DNA from: Terriglobia bacterium
GTDB taxonomy: Bacteria > Acidobacteriota > Terriglobia > 20CM-2-55-15
Length of the DNA: 64,000 bases
Assembly (NCBI GenBank): GCA_965198225.1
Contig: CBDAOY010000009.1
Coordinates: 576,001-640,000 of the forward strand
Reading direction: 5' to 3'
In this document: positions 1 through 9,903 of the stretch, piece by piece
Numbering within the stretch: position 1 is the stretch's first letter
Layout: each line of letters opens with the position of its first letter
Made by a program: the position numbers and the translations under genes
The notes under the pieces: model-generated
Databases searched by the model: none
Told to the model about the DNA's origin: nothing
The model's input: the letters and a program-made list of their open reading frames with translations, nothing else

Positions 1-62
1 GAATCTCAATTGCCACCTTCAGCCGCGGAGCATTAGGTGGAATGAATTTCGGAGGTATTTCA

Positions 63-2099
63 ATGAGGTACGTGATGAGGATCAGACGAGCACTCAGTGT
101 CATCTTGCTTATGGGGTGCTCAACCCTTGGCTGGGCCCAGAACGGTGAATTGCAACAAGACTCTCCAATCGAGCTTTCCGGTCTTAGCCTCGAGGAATTG
201 CTCGAGTTGAGAATCGATTCTGTCTACGGGGCTTCCAGGCACAACCAAAAAGTAACCGAGGCGCCTTCGTCTGTGACGATCGTCACCGCGGACGACATTC
301 AGAAATACGGCTACCGCACGCTTGCAGACATCTTGCGAAGTGTCCGGGGCTCTTATGTCACGAACGACCGGAACTACAGCTTTCTGGGTGTGCGAGGTTT
401 CAACCGACCGGGAGACTACAATGCGCGCATCCTGCTGCTCGTCGACGGTCATCGACTCAACGACAATATCTTTGGCGGTGCGCTGATCGGCACCGAATTC
501 CCGTTGGATGTCGATCTCATCGAGCGGTTGGAGATCATCCGTGGTCCCAGCTCTTCCCTTTACGGTTCCAGTGCGTTTTTCGGCGTCATCAACGTCATTA
601 CCAAGGATCTGAAAGGAGTGCAGGCTGCGGGCTCGGTGGGCAGCCTTCGCACCGGCGAAGGCCGACTCAGTTATGGCCAGACGTTCGGAAGCGGCCTGGA
701 AGTGATGCTTTCCGGTTCAGCTTATGACAGCCGGGGACACAAGCGCCTGTACTTTAAGGAATTCGATGCTCCCGGGACCAACAACGGTATTGCGGAAAAC
801 GTCGACTCCGATGAGTTCAAGAAATTCTTCGGCAAACTGAAGTTCGCCAATTTCACCCTGCAAGGAATGTATGGGGCAAGAGACAAGGACATTCCCACGG
901 CTTCGTTCGGAACTGTATTCAATGACCCGCGCTCTCGAACCCTCGAAAAGGTAGGGTATGTTGACCTGCAGTACCGGCGTGAGCTCGGCAGCACATGGGA
1001 TCTCTCGTCCCGCGTCTATTTCGACCGTTATGGTTATGACGGGGACTACATATACGATCTTTCAGAAGATGAGAACCCCTTCCTGGTTGTGTACAAGGAC
1101 TTTGCCCGGGGAGGTTGGTGGGGATCAGAGCTGAGACTCACCAAGCGTGCGGAAAAACATACCGTCACTGTGGGTTCAGAATACCGCGACGACTTCCGCC
1201 AGGATCAGTTCAACTACGATGAAGATCCCTTCTTCTCGTACCTGGATGACAAACGCGACCGCAGGAACTGGGCATTCGACATCCAGGATGAATTCAGGCT
1301 GCATGACAAGCTGACCTTCAATCTCGGAGTGCGCTACGATCACTACGATTCTTTCGGCGGAACGACCAATCCCCGAGTTGGGTTGATTTACAATCCGTAC
1401 AAAGCGACGACGCTGAAGATTCTCTACGGCCAGGCGTTCAGGGCACCCAACGCCTACGAGCTCTATTGGACGCAGAGCGACATCGCGAAGGCCAATCCGA
1501 CGCTGCGACCTGAGACCAACAAAACCTCTGAGGTAGTCCTGGAGCACTATCTGAACGATGGCACTCGCCTGTCCGCGACCGGCTTCTACTACAGAATCAA
1601 GGATCTCATCACGCAGCAGACTGATCCTCTGGACGAACTCCTCGTCTACAACAACGTCGAGTCGATTAACGCCAAGGGATTTGAGCTGGAAGTCGAGCGG
1701 GAATGGTCTACCGGTCTGCTGGGTCGATTCAGCTACACGTTCTCCGACATCCGCAACGAACTTACGGGTTCAGGTCTCACTAATTCGCCGAAGCATCTGG
1801 CTCACTTCAATCTCATCATGCCGGTCGCAAACGAATCGATGTTTGCGGGCATCGAGGTCCGGACCATGAGCAAGAGAAGAACAATCGCCGGCAATTTCAC
1901 GGACAGTGTTCTTGTTCCGAACGTGACGATTTCCACCAGCAAGCTCCCGAAGAGACTGGAGCTCTCGGCCGGCGTGTACAACTTGTTCGGCAAGAAGTAC
2001 GGCGACCCGGGGTCTGAAGAACACCCGCCGGACGTCATCGCACAGGATGGGCGGAGCTTTCGAGTGAAGCTCACCTGGACATTTCCGATTGAGAACTGA
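63..2099 (+). CDS. TonB-dependent receptor (plug + beta-barrel)
   Basis: Signal peptide, LSLEELL motif, plug motifs (IERLEIIRGPSSSLYG), aromatic C-terminus; GGAGGT RBS at 51-56 favours ATG 63. Confidence 0.92.
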   Translation: MRYVMRIRRALSVILLMGCSTLGWAQNGELQQDSPIELSGLSLEELLELRIDSVYGASRHNQKVTEAPSSVTIVTADDIQKYGYRTLADILRSVRGSYVTNDRNYSFLGVRGFNRPGDYNARILLLVDGHRLNDNIFGGALIGTEFPLDVDLIERLEIIRGPSSSLYGSSAFFGVINVITKDLKGVQAAGSVGSLRTGEGRLSYGQTFGSGLEVMLSGSAYDSRGHKRLYFKEFDAPGTNNGIAENVDSDEFKKFFGKLKFANFTLQGMYGARDKDIPTASFGTVFNDPRSRTLEKVGYVDLQYRRELGSTWDLSSRVYFDRYGYDGDYIYDLSEDENPFLVVYKDFARGGWWGSELRLTKRAEKHTVTVGSEYRDDFRQDQFNYDEDPFFSYLDDKRDRRNWAFDIQDEFRLHDKLTFNLGVRYDHYDSFGGTTNPRVGLIYNPYKATTLKILYGQAFRAPNAYELYWTQSDIAKANPTLRPETNKTSEVVLEHYLNDGTRLSATGFYYRIKDLITQQTDPLDELLVYNNVESINAKGFELEVEREWSTGLLGRFSYTFSDIRNELTGSGLTNSPKHLAHFNLIMPVANESMFAGIEVRTMSKRRTIAGNFTDSVLVPNVTISTSKLPKRLELSAGVYNLFGKKYGDPGSEEHPPDVIAQDGRSFRVKLTWTFPIEN

Positions 2100-2215
2100 A
2101 ATGTCCATCGCTTTCAGACGATGGACGTTCAGCTGTTGCGAGTACTTACCGGCGAAGTCTTCGAGCCTGCAAATGGCCGACGGATTTTGCAAAACCGCTC
2201 AATCAAATCGGGAAC

Positions 2216-2797
2216 GTGAATACGATGAGAAGCGTTGAACCACGATGGCCGATTGCACTACTGATGGCAGTGCTGCTGCTGTACGGTAGCGCGTTTGGCC
2301 AGACCAGACTCCCAGTCGATCTGGAAACCATGATCCTGCTGCGGGCACTACCCTACGACCGCAACCTGAAGCAACGTGCCGAGGGCGGAATCCATATTGC
2401 AGTGGTTACCAAGAACGACGACCGGACGAGCACCGAGATCGCAAGCGCCTTCCGGAATGCCGGCAAGGACGGAGTAAGCGGCCTTCCGGTAGAGGTCAGC
2501 GTCGTTCCTTTCGAATCGACCGCCCAGCTCATGGATCTGATCGACGACATAGGCTTCAACCTGCTCTACATTCATCCGTCTGTGGAGACAGCGCTGTCAG
2601 CGATCCAGGAAGCGGCGCGAAGCAAAAAAATTCCATCGGTCGGCGGCACGAAAGAGATCGTCGAAAAGGGTGCTTCGCTCGGAGTGTACGTTGTGGACGG
2701 GGTCCCCAAGCTGGTCGTGAACATAAAGACATCGCGGCTCGAGGGGATGGATTTCTCCGCAGATCTCCTGGGTATCGCGACGGTGATCAGAGAGTAA
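2216..2797 (+). CDS. YfiR/DUF4154-family periplasmic protein
   Basis: Signal peptide; C-terminal KLVVN...GMDFSADLLGIA typical of YfiR-like proteins; follows the TonB receptor. Confidence 0.75.
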   Translation: MNTMRSVEPRWPIALLMAVLLLYGSAFGQTRLPVDLETMILLRALPYDRNLKQRAEGGIHIAVVTKNDDRTSTEIASAFRNAGKDGVSGLPVEVSVVPFESTAQLMDLIDDIGFNLLYIHPSVETALSAIQEAARSKKIPSVGGTKEIVEKGASLGVYVVDGVPKLVVNIKTSRLEGMDFSADLLGIATVIRE

Positions 2798-2871
2798 GAC
2801 GGATTCGATCGAATAGCCAGGCGCAATGAGCCGATCGTTGCCCACTATGCTGTACACGAAAACAATCGAGG

Positions 2872-4818
2872 TTGATGGTGCCTGACGAGAGTCTGAACGC
2901 TTCGGAGAACCCCGCATCGGGAGAACCGTCCGTCACACCGACTGAAACCCTGACCTCGGAATCGGCCCAGTCGAGCACCGGGTTCGACATCGACATCAGC
3001 GATCCAGACCTGTTGGGCGATTTCATAACGGAGTGTCGGGAACACATCGAAAACGCCGAGGCTGCTCTGCTGGCTCTGGAAACGAACGAAGAAGACACCG
3101 AAGCGGTTAGCACTATCTTTCGCGCTTTCCACACGATCAAGGGTACGTCCGCTTTCCTCGGGCTCGGAGGTATGTCCGACCTGGCCCACCGTTCCGAGTC
3201 GTTCTTGAACCGTGTTCGGGAGCACGAGATACAGTTGACCGGAGGCTACGCCGATCTGGCGCTGTTTTCAGTAGATATGCTCAAGGGTCTACTGCAATCG
3301 CTCCAGACCGCATTGGGTGGCGAACCCATGATCAAGCCCGACGGCTACGATGACCTGATGCTCCTGCTCTCTGATCCGGAAGGCGGGGGGATCTCTGCCG
3401 ACGATCGAGACGACTTGCCTCGGCTCGGCGATATCCTGGTTCATCAGGCCAAGGTCGACCGCGAGGAGATCGAGGCTGTTGTCGCGGACCAGGGTGACGA
3501 GCCGGTTGGCGTCGCGCTCGTCAGGTCGCAGGCTGCATCCGTCACGGACGTCGCCAAAGCGTTGCGCGTGCAGCGGCAAATGTCGCAGCCGGCAAAGGCC
3601 GGAACCGCGGCCACCACAGAATCCTCGGTCCGGATACGCACCAACCATTTGGACCGCCTCATTGACATGATCGGTGAGATGGTAATCGCCCATTCGATGG
3701 TTTCTCAAGACCGTACCGTCGTTCTTGGCCCCCGCCAGGAACTGGCCAAGAAAGTTGCTCACACGGGCGAAATCGTTCGCGAGCTGCAGGATCTGAGCAT
3801 GTCGATGCGAATGGTTCCGCTCCGGGCTGCCTTCCAGAAAACAAGCAGGTTAGTAAGGGATCTCGCTCGCAAGAATTCAAAACTGGCCAATCTCATCACA
3901 GAGGGTGAAGACACCGAGATTGATCGGAAAATGGTCGAAGGCCTCAACGATCCTCTCGTGCACATGATTCGAAATGCACTCGACCACGGCATTGAGCTGC
4001 CTGAGGAACGCAAGCGGCTCGGCAAACCCGCGGCGGGGACCGTCAGGCTGGCCGCGTACCATTCGGGCGGCAATGTTGTGATCGAGATTCAGGATGACGG
4101 CAAGGGGCTGGCCCGCGACAGGATCATCGAGAAAGCGTTGTCGAAGGGGCTGATCGAATCCGACAGAGGTATGTCCGACAACGATGTGGCCAGGCTCATA
4201 TTCGAACCCGGTTTCTCGACCGCTAAAAAGCTGACCGACCTGTCCGGCCGCGGCGTTGGAATGGATGTGGTCAAGAAAGGCATCGAAGCTCTGAGAGGCC
4301 GCGTTGATGTTTCCTCACGGCCAAACGAAGGCTGCACCTTTACGATGAACCTGCCGATGACCCTGGCCATTATCGACGGCATGCTCGTGAAGGTCGGCGG
4401 TCATCGCTATATCGTCCCCACTGTAAACATCCGCCTGAGCTTGCGGCCTGCGCCCGACGTCCTGCCGACCATTGCCGGGCGAGGCGAAATCGTGATGCTC
4501 CGCGGCAAGCCGATCGCGATGATTCGACTGCACCGCATGTTCAACATCGATGGAGCCGTCGAAGACCCCACCGAAGGGCTCATTGTGGTCGTGGAAGAAG
4601 GCAAGAGGCAATGTGCGCTCCTCGTGGATGAACTGCTGGGGCAGCGGCAGGTGGTCGCAAAATCTCTTGGGGATGGTATCGGCACAGTCCGTGGGATCTC
4701 CGGTGGGGCTATCCTCGGCGATGGCCGCGTCGGCCTGATCCTGGACCCGTCCGAGATCGTTGGACTGGCCGGGCAGGGGGCCTATGACACCGATAGTTCG
4801 GTTGCGGTCTTGAACTGA
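2872..4818 (+). CDS. cheA: Chemotaxis histidine kinase CheA
   Basis: HPt FRAFHTIKG, HMIRNALDHGIE, GFST, SGRGVGMDVV, C-terminal CheW domain. Confidence 0.97.
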   Translation: MMVPDESLNASENPASGEPSVTPTETLTSESAQSSTGFDIDISDPDLLGDFITECREHIENAEAALLALETNEEDTEAVSTIFRAFHTIKGTSAFLGLGGMSDLAHRSESFLNRVREHEIQLTGGYADLALFSVDMLKGLLQSLQTALGGEPMIKPDGYDDLMLLLSDPEGGGISADDRDDLPRLGDILVHQAKVDREEIEAVVADQGDEPVGVALVRSQAASVTDVAKALRVQRQMSQPAKAGTAATTESSVRIRTNHLDRLIDMIGEMVIAHSMVSQDRTVVLGPRQELAKKVAHTGEIVRELQDLSMSMRMVPLRAAFQKTSRLVRDLARKNSKLANLITEGEDTEIDRKMVEGLNDPLVHMIRNALDHGIELPEERKRLGKPAAGTVRLAAYHSGGNVVIEIQDDGKGLARDRIIEKALSKGLIESDRGMSDNDVARLIFEPGFSTAKKLTDLSGRGVGMDVVKKGIEALRGRVDVSSRPNEGCTFTMNLPMTLAIIDGMLVKVGGHRYIVPTVNIRLSLRPAPDVLPTIAGRGEIVMLRGKPIAMIRLHRMFNIDGAVEDPTEGLIVVVEEGKRQCALLVDELLGQRQVVAKSLGDGIGTVRGISGGAILGDGRVGLILDPSEIVGLAGQGAYDTDSSVAVLN

Positions 4819-4873
4819 GGGGCACAGCAAACGCCGTATGGCAAAACAACTCGAAACAACGAACACCTGAAGT

Positions 4874-5413
4874 ATGACGATGGATAACCAGACTGCTGAA
4901 ACACTCACGCAAGAAAGAGAAACCGAAGGAACCGTGGCGAGCACCGCGGAGCCGGGGAAAGCCGGAGGCAAGTTCCTCAACTTCTTCCTCGAGCGGGAAG
5001 AGTACGGCATTGAGATCCTCAAAGTGCGCGAGATCATCGGAACGATGACGATCACCCCGGTTCCACGAACGCCGGACTACATGCGCGGCGTCATCAACCT
5101 TCGCGGCACGATCATACCGGTGGTGGATCTGAGGCTGAAACTCGATATGGAGTCCACCCACAGCGAAGATGGCTGCATCATCGTGGTCGAGGCCCAAGGT
5201 GTCCAGATGGGCATCGTCGTCGATAGGGTATCGGAAGTTCTCGACATTAAGGGAGAAGACATCGAGAACGCACCAACGTTCGGCCCGCAGGTGAATACCG
5301 ACTATGTACTCGGCATAGGTAAGGCCAACGACGGGGTCAAACTCCTGCTGGACATCGACAAAGTCCTGTCGCCCGGCGAGATAATCGACATCCGCAAGAC
5401 GACAACCCGATAG
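4874..5413 (+). CDS. cheW: Chemotaxis adaptor CheW
   Basis: EEYGIEILKVREII, GVINLRG, GIVVDRVSEV. Confidence 0.95.
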   Translation: MTMDNQTAETLTQERETEGTVASTAEPGKAGGKFLNFFLEREEYGIEILKVREIIGTMTITPVPRTPDYMRGVINLRGTIIPVVDLRLKLDMESTHSEDGCIIVVEAQGVQMGIVVDRVSEVLDIKGEDIENAPTFGPQVNTDYVLGIGKANDGVKLLLDIDKVLSPGEIIDIRKTTTR

Positions 5414-5450
5414 TGATCAAGTGAAAAGGTCTTCAATTAGGAGAAAGACG

Positions 5451-7510
5451 ATGTTTCAACGCTTTCACGATCTGCCGATCAAATGGAAGCTCGTTCTAAC
5501 CATCTCGTTGCTTGTCGGAACGATTGCCCTTTTTGTCTCGCTCTATTTTCCGGCCCAGCAAGAGCGGATTGCCGTGCGGGGACTGGAGAGCAAGGCCATC
5601 AACGTGGCCAAGATGATGGCATACATTTCCAGCACTGCCGTGGAATTCGCCGACGTTGCTTCGATCCAGAGGTTGTTTAGCGCGGTCGAGAACGACCCGG
5701 ATTTCATCTACGCCCAGGTTCTACTGACCGACGGATCTACGCTGGCCTCCCACTCGCCCAAAGGGCGCCTGGGACCGTCGATCGGCGACATCCCCGAGAG
5801 CGCACGACGATTTTCCTCGAAGACGGGATGCTGAACGTTGCCAGCCCGATTGTCTCCCTGGACAGGCAAGTCATCGGGATGATGCAGATCGGTCTATCGC
5901 TGGCCGACATTCAAAGCGAAGTGGCCTTGAGCATTTGGGCGACCCGCCTGGTGGGTCTCGGCATCATGGCCCTGGGTCTTCTCGTTGCCTTCGGCGTCGG
6001 TCAGATCATCCGGAAACTTCTCCTGCAAGTGACCGAAGTGGCCGAGGCGGTTGCCAGCGGGGATCTGACCTGTGAGGTCGTTATTCATTCCCGCGACGAG
6101 ATCGGCACGCTAGCGGTTTCCTTCAAGGCCCTGATCGACTACATCAAGGGTCTCGCAGCGGCATTGGAGGCGCTCAGCAAGAACGATCTCAACGTCAACA
6201 TCAAACCCAAGTCGGAGCAGGACATTCTGTCGAAGAACATCATCCGCACCATCGACACGCTGCGTGATCTGCTGGTTGAGACCAGGGGTCTGACAAAGGC
6301 TGCTCAAGAAGGGAGGCTGACCGAGCGCGGGAACGCCGACAGGTTCCAGGGCGCCTTCCGGGAACTGATAGCGGGCATGAACGACACGATGGACGCCGTC
6401 GTCGCCCCGATCAGTGAAGCATCCGAAGTCCTCCAGAGTGTAGCGGCACATGACCTCACTGCTCGAATGGAGGGAGAATACGAGGGCGAATTTGCCCGAA
6501 TCAAGGACGGTTTGAACTCCGCGGTGGTCAATCTCGACGACGCGCTCGGACAAGTTACGGTGGTGGCGGAACAGGTGAGTGCGGCTTCCGCCGATATCAG
6601 CAGCGGCGCCGGGTCCCTCTCCGGGCGCGCTAACGACCAGGCCGCTTCGTTAGAGGAAGTGTCCGGCAGTCTGCATCAATTGGCTTCAATGACGGATCAG
6701 AACGCAGCCAGCGCGAAGGAAGCCAAAGACCTGTCCGAGATCACACGCCAGAGCACCGAATTAGGCGTGGAGAATATGGAGCGCCTGTCATCGGCCATCG
6801 ACCTGATAAAGGGTTCTGCGGACGCGACTGCGAAAATTGTCAAAACGATCGATGAGATCGCATTCCAGACGAATCTGCTTGCATTGAACGCCGCAGTCGA
6901 AGCCGCCCGGGCCGGTGACGCCGGTAAAGGCTTTGCGGTAGTGGCTGAAGAGGTTCGAAACCTGGCAATGCGAAGCGCCGAGGCCGCCAAGAACACTGCC
7001 ACTCTGATCGACGAATCGGTGGAGAACGCCAAAGGCGGCGTCGCCACCAACGAGGAAGTCCTGAAGAACCTCGTGAAGATCAACGATCTGACAAAGGGGG
7101 CCACCGAGATGATGGCTCGGATCGCGGCGGCTTCCGACCAGCAGAGTTCGGGAATCGAACACATCAATTCGGCGGTCGACAACATGAACCACACGACGCA
7201 GCAGGTGGCGGCCAATGCGGAAGAATCGGCGAGTGCGGCGGAAGAACTTTCAGCGCAAGCGGAAGAAATGAGGAATATGGTATCCGCCTTCGTGTTGAGC
7301 GCGAAGGGCACCCACACGCAGACTCGCACCTCGAACGTTCGATCGATCCTGGAATCCGCGCACAGTTACACAAAGCGCGGAACTCTTCCGGCAGGCACGG
7401 AGACGACGGATAAGGGGAACGGCCAGCCTTCTTTGAATGCGAGCCATCCCGGGGAACTGATTCCCTTCGACGAGTCCGACGACGATCTGGACACTCTACA
7501 GAACTTCTAG
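5451..7510 (+). pseudogene. Methyl-accepting chemotaxis protein, frameshifted at about 5800
   Basis: TM1 and periplasmic domain are in the 5451 frame; TM2-HAMP-MA domain ([20 protein letters not shown]) is in the 5828 frame; removing 2 nt in GAGAGCGC joins them. Confidence 0.85.
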
Positions 7511-7610
7511 CCCGAATCTATGGCCGGGTGTTGGCGCGAAACGGCCGTTGACCACCAGCCACTCTGCGCTTCGGGCTGGTGACTGTTATTGATTACGCCA
7601 CAGGGAAGCT

Positions 7611-8475
7611 ATGCCCTATGCCCGGGCAATGAAGCAAATGCTAGCGACACTAGACCAGCAGCAGTTTGAAAGAATCCAGCAGATGGTGTACCAGCGGTCT
7701 GGTATCAACTTGCTGTCGGGGAGGGAGGACTTGGTGCAATCTCGATTGATTGTCCAAGCGTCTGGCCTCGGTGGGAATGGACAGCTACGAGCAGTACGTA
7801 AAGTACGTCGACACCGACCCGTCCGGCAAGGAAATGGCTGCGATGATAGATGTTCTGACCACGAACAAGACGGGCTTCTTCCGCGAGATCCAGCACTTCG
7901 AGTACCTCGGAAAGATATCAAGGGACCTGCTAAAGAAAGGACGACGGGTGCGGATCTGGAGCGCCGGGTGTTCCTCGGGCGAGGAACCCTTCTCGGTTGC
8001 CATGCTGCTGCTCGAGCAGGTGCCCGAACTGGACCCGCAGAACGTACAGATCCTGGCCACCGATATCTCCGCGCGAATGCTGGCAAGGGCGCGCGACGGC
8101 GTTTATACGCAGCAAGCGTTGAGCGGTGTGCCGCCCACGCTTTTGAGGAAATACTTCACCCGCATTGACACGGCGCCATCGCGGGTGTACCGGATCAACG
8201 ACAACGTGAGATCGATCGTCAAGTTTGCTCGCTTGAACCTGATAGGAAGTTGGCCGATGAAAGGCCCTTTCGACCTGATCCTATGCCGCAACGTGATGAT
8301 CTACTTCGACGGACCCACCGCCGACCGGTTGGTGCACCGGTTGTGGGCAATGCTGACACCGGGCGGGCATCTTCTTGCCGGGCATGCGGAACATGTCCGA
8401 GATCTGTCGGAAAGGCTTCCCTGCGTGCAGCCGGCCGTTTACGTGAAAGGCACTGTTTGGGATAGTTTAACTTAG
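7611..8475 (+). pseudogene. cheR: Chemotaxis methyltransferase CheR, frameshifted
   Basis: TTNKTGFFRE, IWSAGCSSGEEP, CRNVMIYFD; N-terminus is in another frame; tandem ATTG duplication at 7745-7752. Confidence 0.88.
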
Positions 8476-8493
8476 TGAGTCTCTGAGGAGCGA

Positions 8494-8998
8494 ATGGCGG
8501 TACACATCGTAGACGTTGCGCAACGCTCCCCAGATTGCCGACATGAAGGTATCCGACGTCAAGGGGGACGTGCTCATCACGCACGCGCTGGGAAGCTGTC
8601 TGGGCATCACGGTATACGATCCCGAGGCCCATGTTGGGGGGCTGCTGCACGTCATGCTGCCGCTTTCCACGATCGACCCGAAAAGAGGAAAAGAGAACCC
8701 TTGCATGTTCGTCGACACAGGAGTACCGAAGTTGTTTCTCGAATGCTACAAGACCGGAGCGAGAAAAGAGAGGCTCCACGTAAAGGTCGCCGGGGGAGCC
8801 TGCCTGCGCAGTGAGAAGGAAGGCGACTACTTTCAGATCGGCAAGAGAAACTTCGTCCTGCTCAAGAAACTTTTCTGGAAGAATGGCGTGCTGTTGAGAG
8901 CCCACGACGTCGGCGGCAGTCAGTCGAGAACGGTGTCCCTGGACATCGCAAGTGGGAAAGTCGAAGTGAAAATCAGTGGCAAGTCAAATACGCTGTAG
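8494..8998 (+). pseudogene. cheD: Chemoreceptor glutamine deamidase CheD with a 19-nt insertion near its 5' end
   Basis: LGSCLG, HVMLP, DVGG motifs; the RBS-linked ATG at 8494 is in frame only if 8520-8538 is removed. A TTG start at 8516 could rescue expression. Confidence 0.75.
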
Positions 8999-9035
8999 AG
9001 CCCGAGTGGCCTGCGGCCGGAGGTAGGGAGGCACA

Positions 9036-9464
9036 ATGGCGCTGGACGTTCTCGTCGTCGACGACAGTTCCGTAATGCGGTCGATAATCATCAGGACCAT
9101 ACGGTTGAGCGGCTTTCCTCTGGGTGAGGTTCACGAGGCTGCCAACGGGCAAGAAGGACTGCAGATGCTGGAGGAGCACAGCGTGGATCTTGCGTTGGTG
9201 GACCTGAACATGCCCGTAATGGGCGGAGAAGAGATGATCGACAAAATTCGGGGGAATGCAGCGATGGCAGATTTTCCTCTAATCGTCATCTCGAGCGAGG
9301 GCAGTGACACCCGAATCGAGAGGCTTCGGAAAAAAGAGGTCCGCTTCCTCCAAAAGCCATTCATGCCCCAGGCTGTTAGGGAAACCATCGTAGACGTCAC
9401 AGGAGTGTCAGATGAGCAATTCGCTGGAGAAGGAACTCCGCAAAGCGGCGGCCTTGACTTTTGA
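9036..9464 (+). CDS. cheY: CheY-like single-domain response regulator
   Basis: VVDDS, DLNMP, KPF receiver motifs; GGAGG RBS. Confidence 0.9.
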   Translation: MALDVLVVDDSSVMRSIIIRTIRLSGFPLGEVHEAANGQEGLQMLEEHSVDLALVDLNMPVMGGEEMIDKIRGNAAMADFPLIVISSEGSDTRIERLRKKEVRFLQKPFMPQAVRETIVDVTGVSDEQFAGEGTPQSGGLDF

Positions 9465-9888
9465 AGACCTCGGTTTCATGTGCCCGAGTTTGAAACTGGA
9501 CGAACAGCAGTGCACCGCGCCGCTGGAAGCGGCCGTGTGCGTGGAATTTGAGGGACCATCCTGCGGAAGGCTGGAATTGAAGCTTTACGGTAACCTTCTT
9601 GCCACTGTCGTGGCCAACATGCTGGGTGAAGACGAAACGCAGCCCGAGTGCCGGCAGCACGACGCGTTGCGAGAGATCGCCAACGTTGTCTGTGGCAACT
9701 TGTTGCCGGCAATAGCCGGCTCGAGGGCGGTTTTCGATCTGGGTACCCCCCGACTGCTCGATGGAGCAGCCTCTTCCGGAAAGAAGGAGTCACCCGAAGC
9801 AGAGGTACGACTGGGACTGGAGGATGGCCGGGCCGATCTGTTTTTCTTCACCGACGACAACACGGTCTTCAGCCGGGCCGAGGTGTGA
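9412..9888 (+). CDS. cheX: CheX-family phosphatase
   Basis: DALREIANVVCG (ExxN) motif; cluster context. Confidence 0.82.
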   Translation: MSNSLEKELRKAAALTFEDLGFMCPSLKLDEQQCTAPLEAAVCVEFEGPSCGRLELKLYGNLLATVVANMLGEDETQPECRQHDALREIANVVCGNLLPAIAGSRAVFDLGTPRLLDGAASSGKKESPEAEVRLGLEDGRADLFFFTDDNTVFSRAEV

Positions 9889-9903
9889 AGGGGTATCTTT
9901 CGA

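Noticed and set aside
4820-4865. c-di-GMP riboswitch-like GCAAA motifs before cheW
   Set aside because: Region is too short and lacks the two-stem GEMM architecture
5826-5834. GC-TGA at the end of the first mcp fragment as a Sec codon
   Set aside because: Homology continues in a different frame, so this is a frameshift
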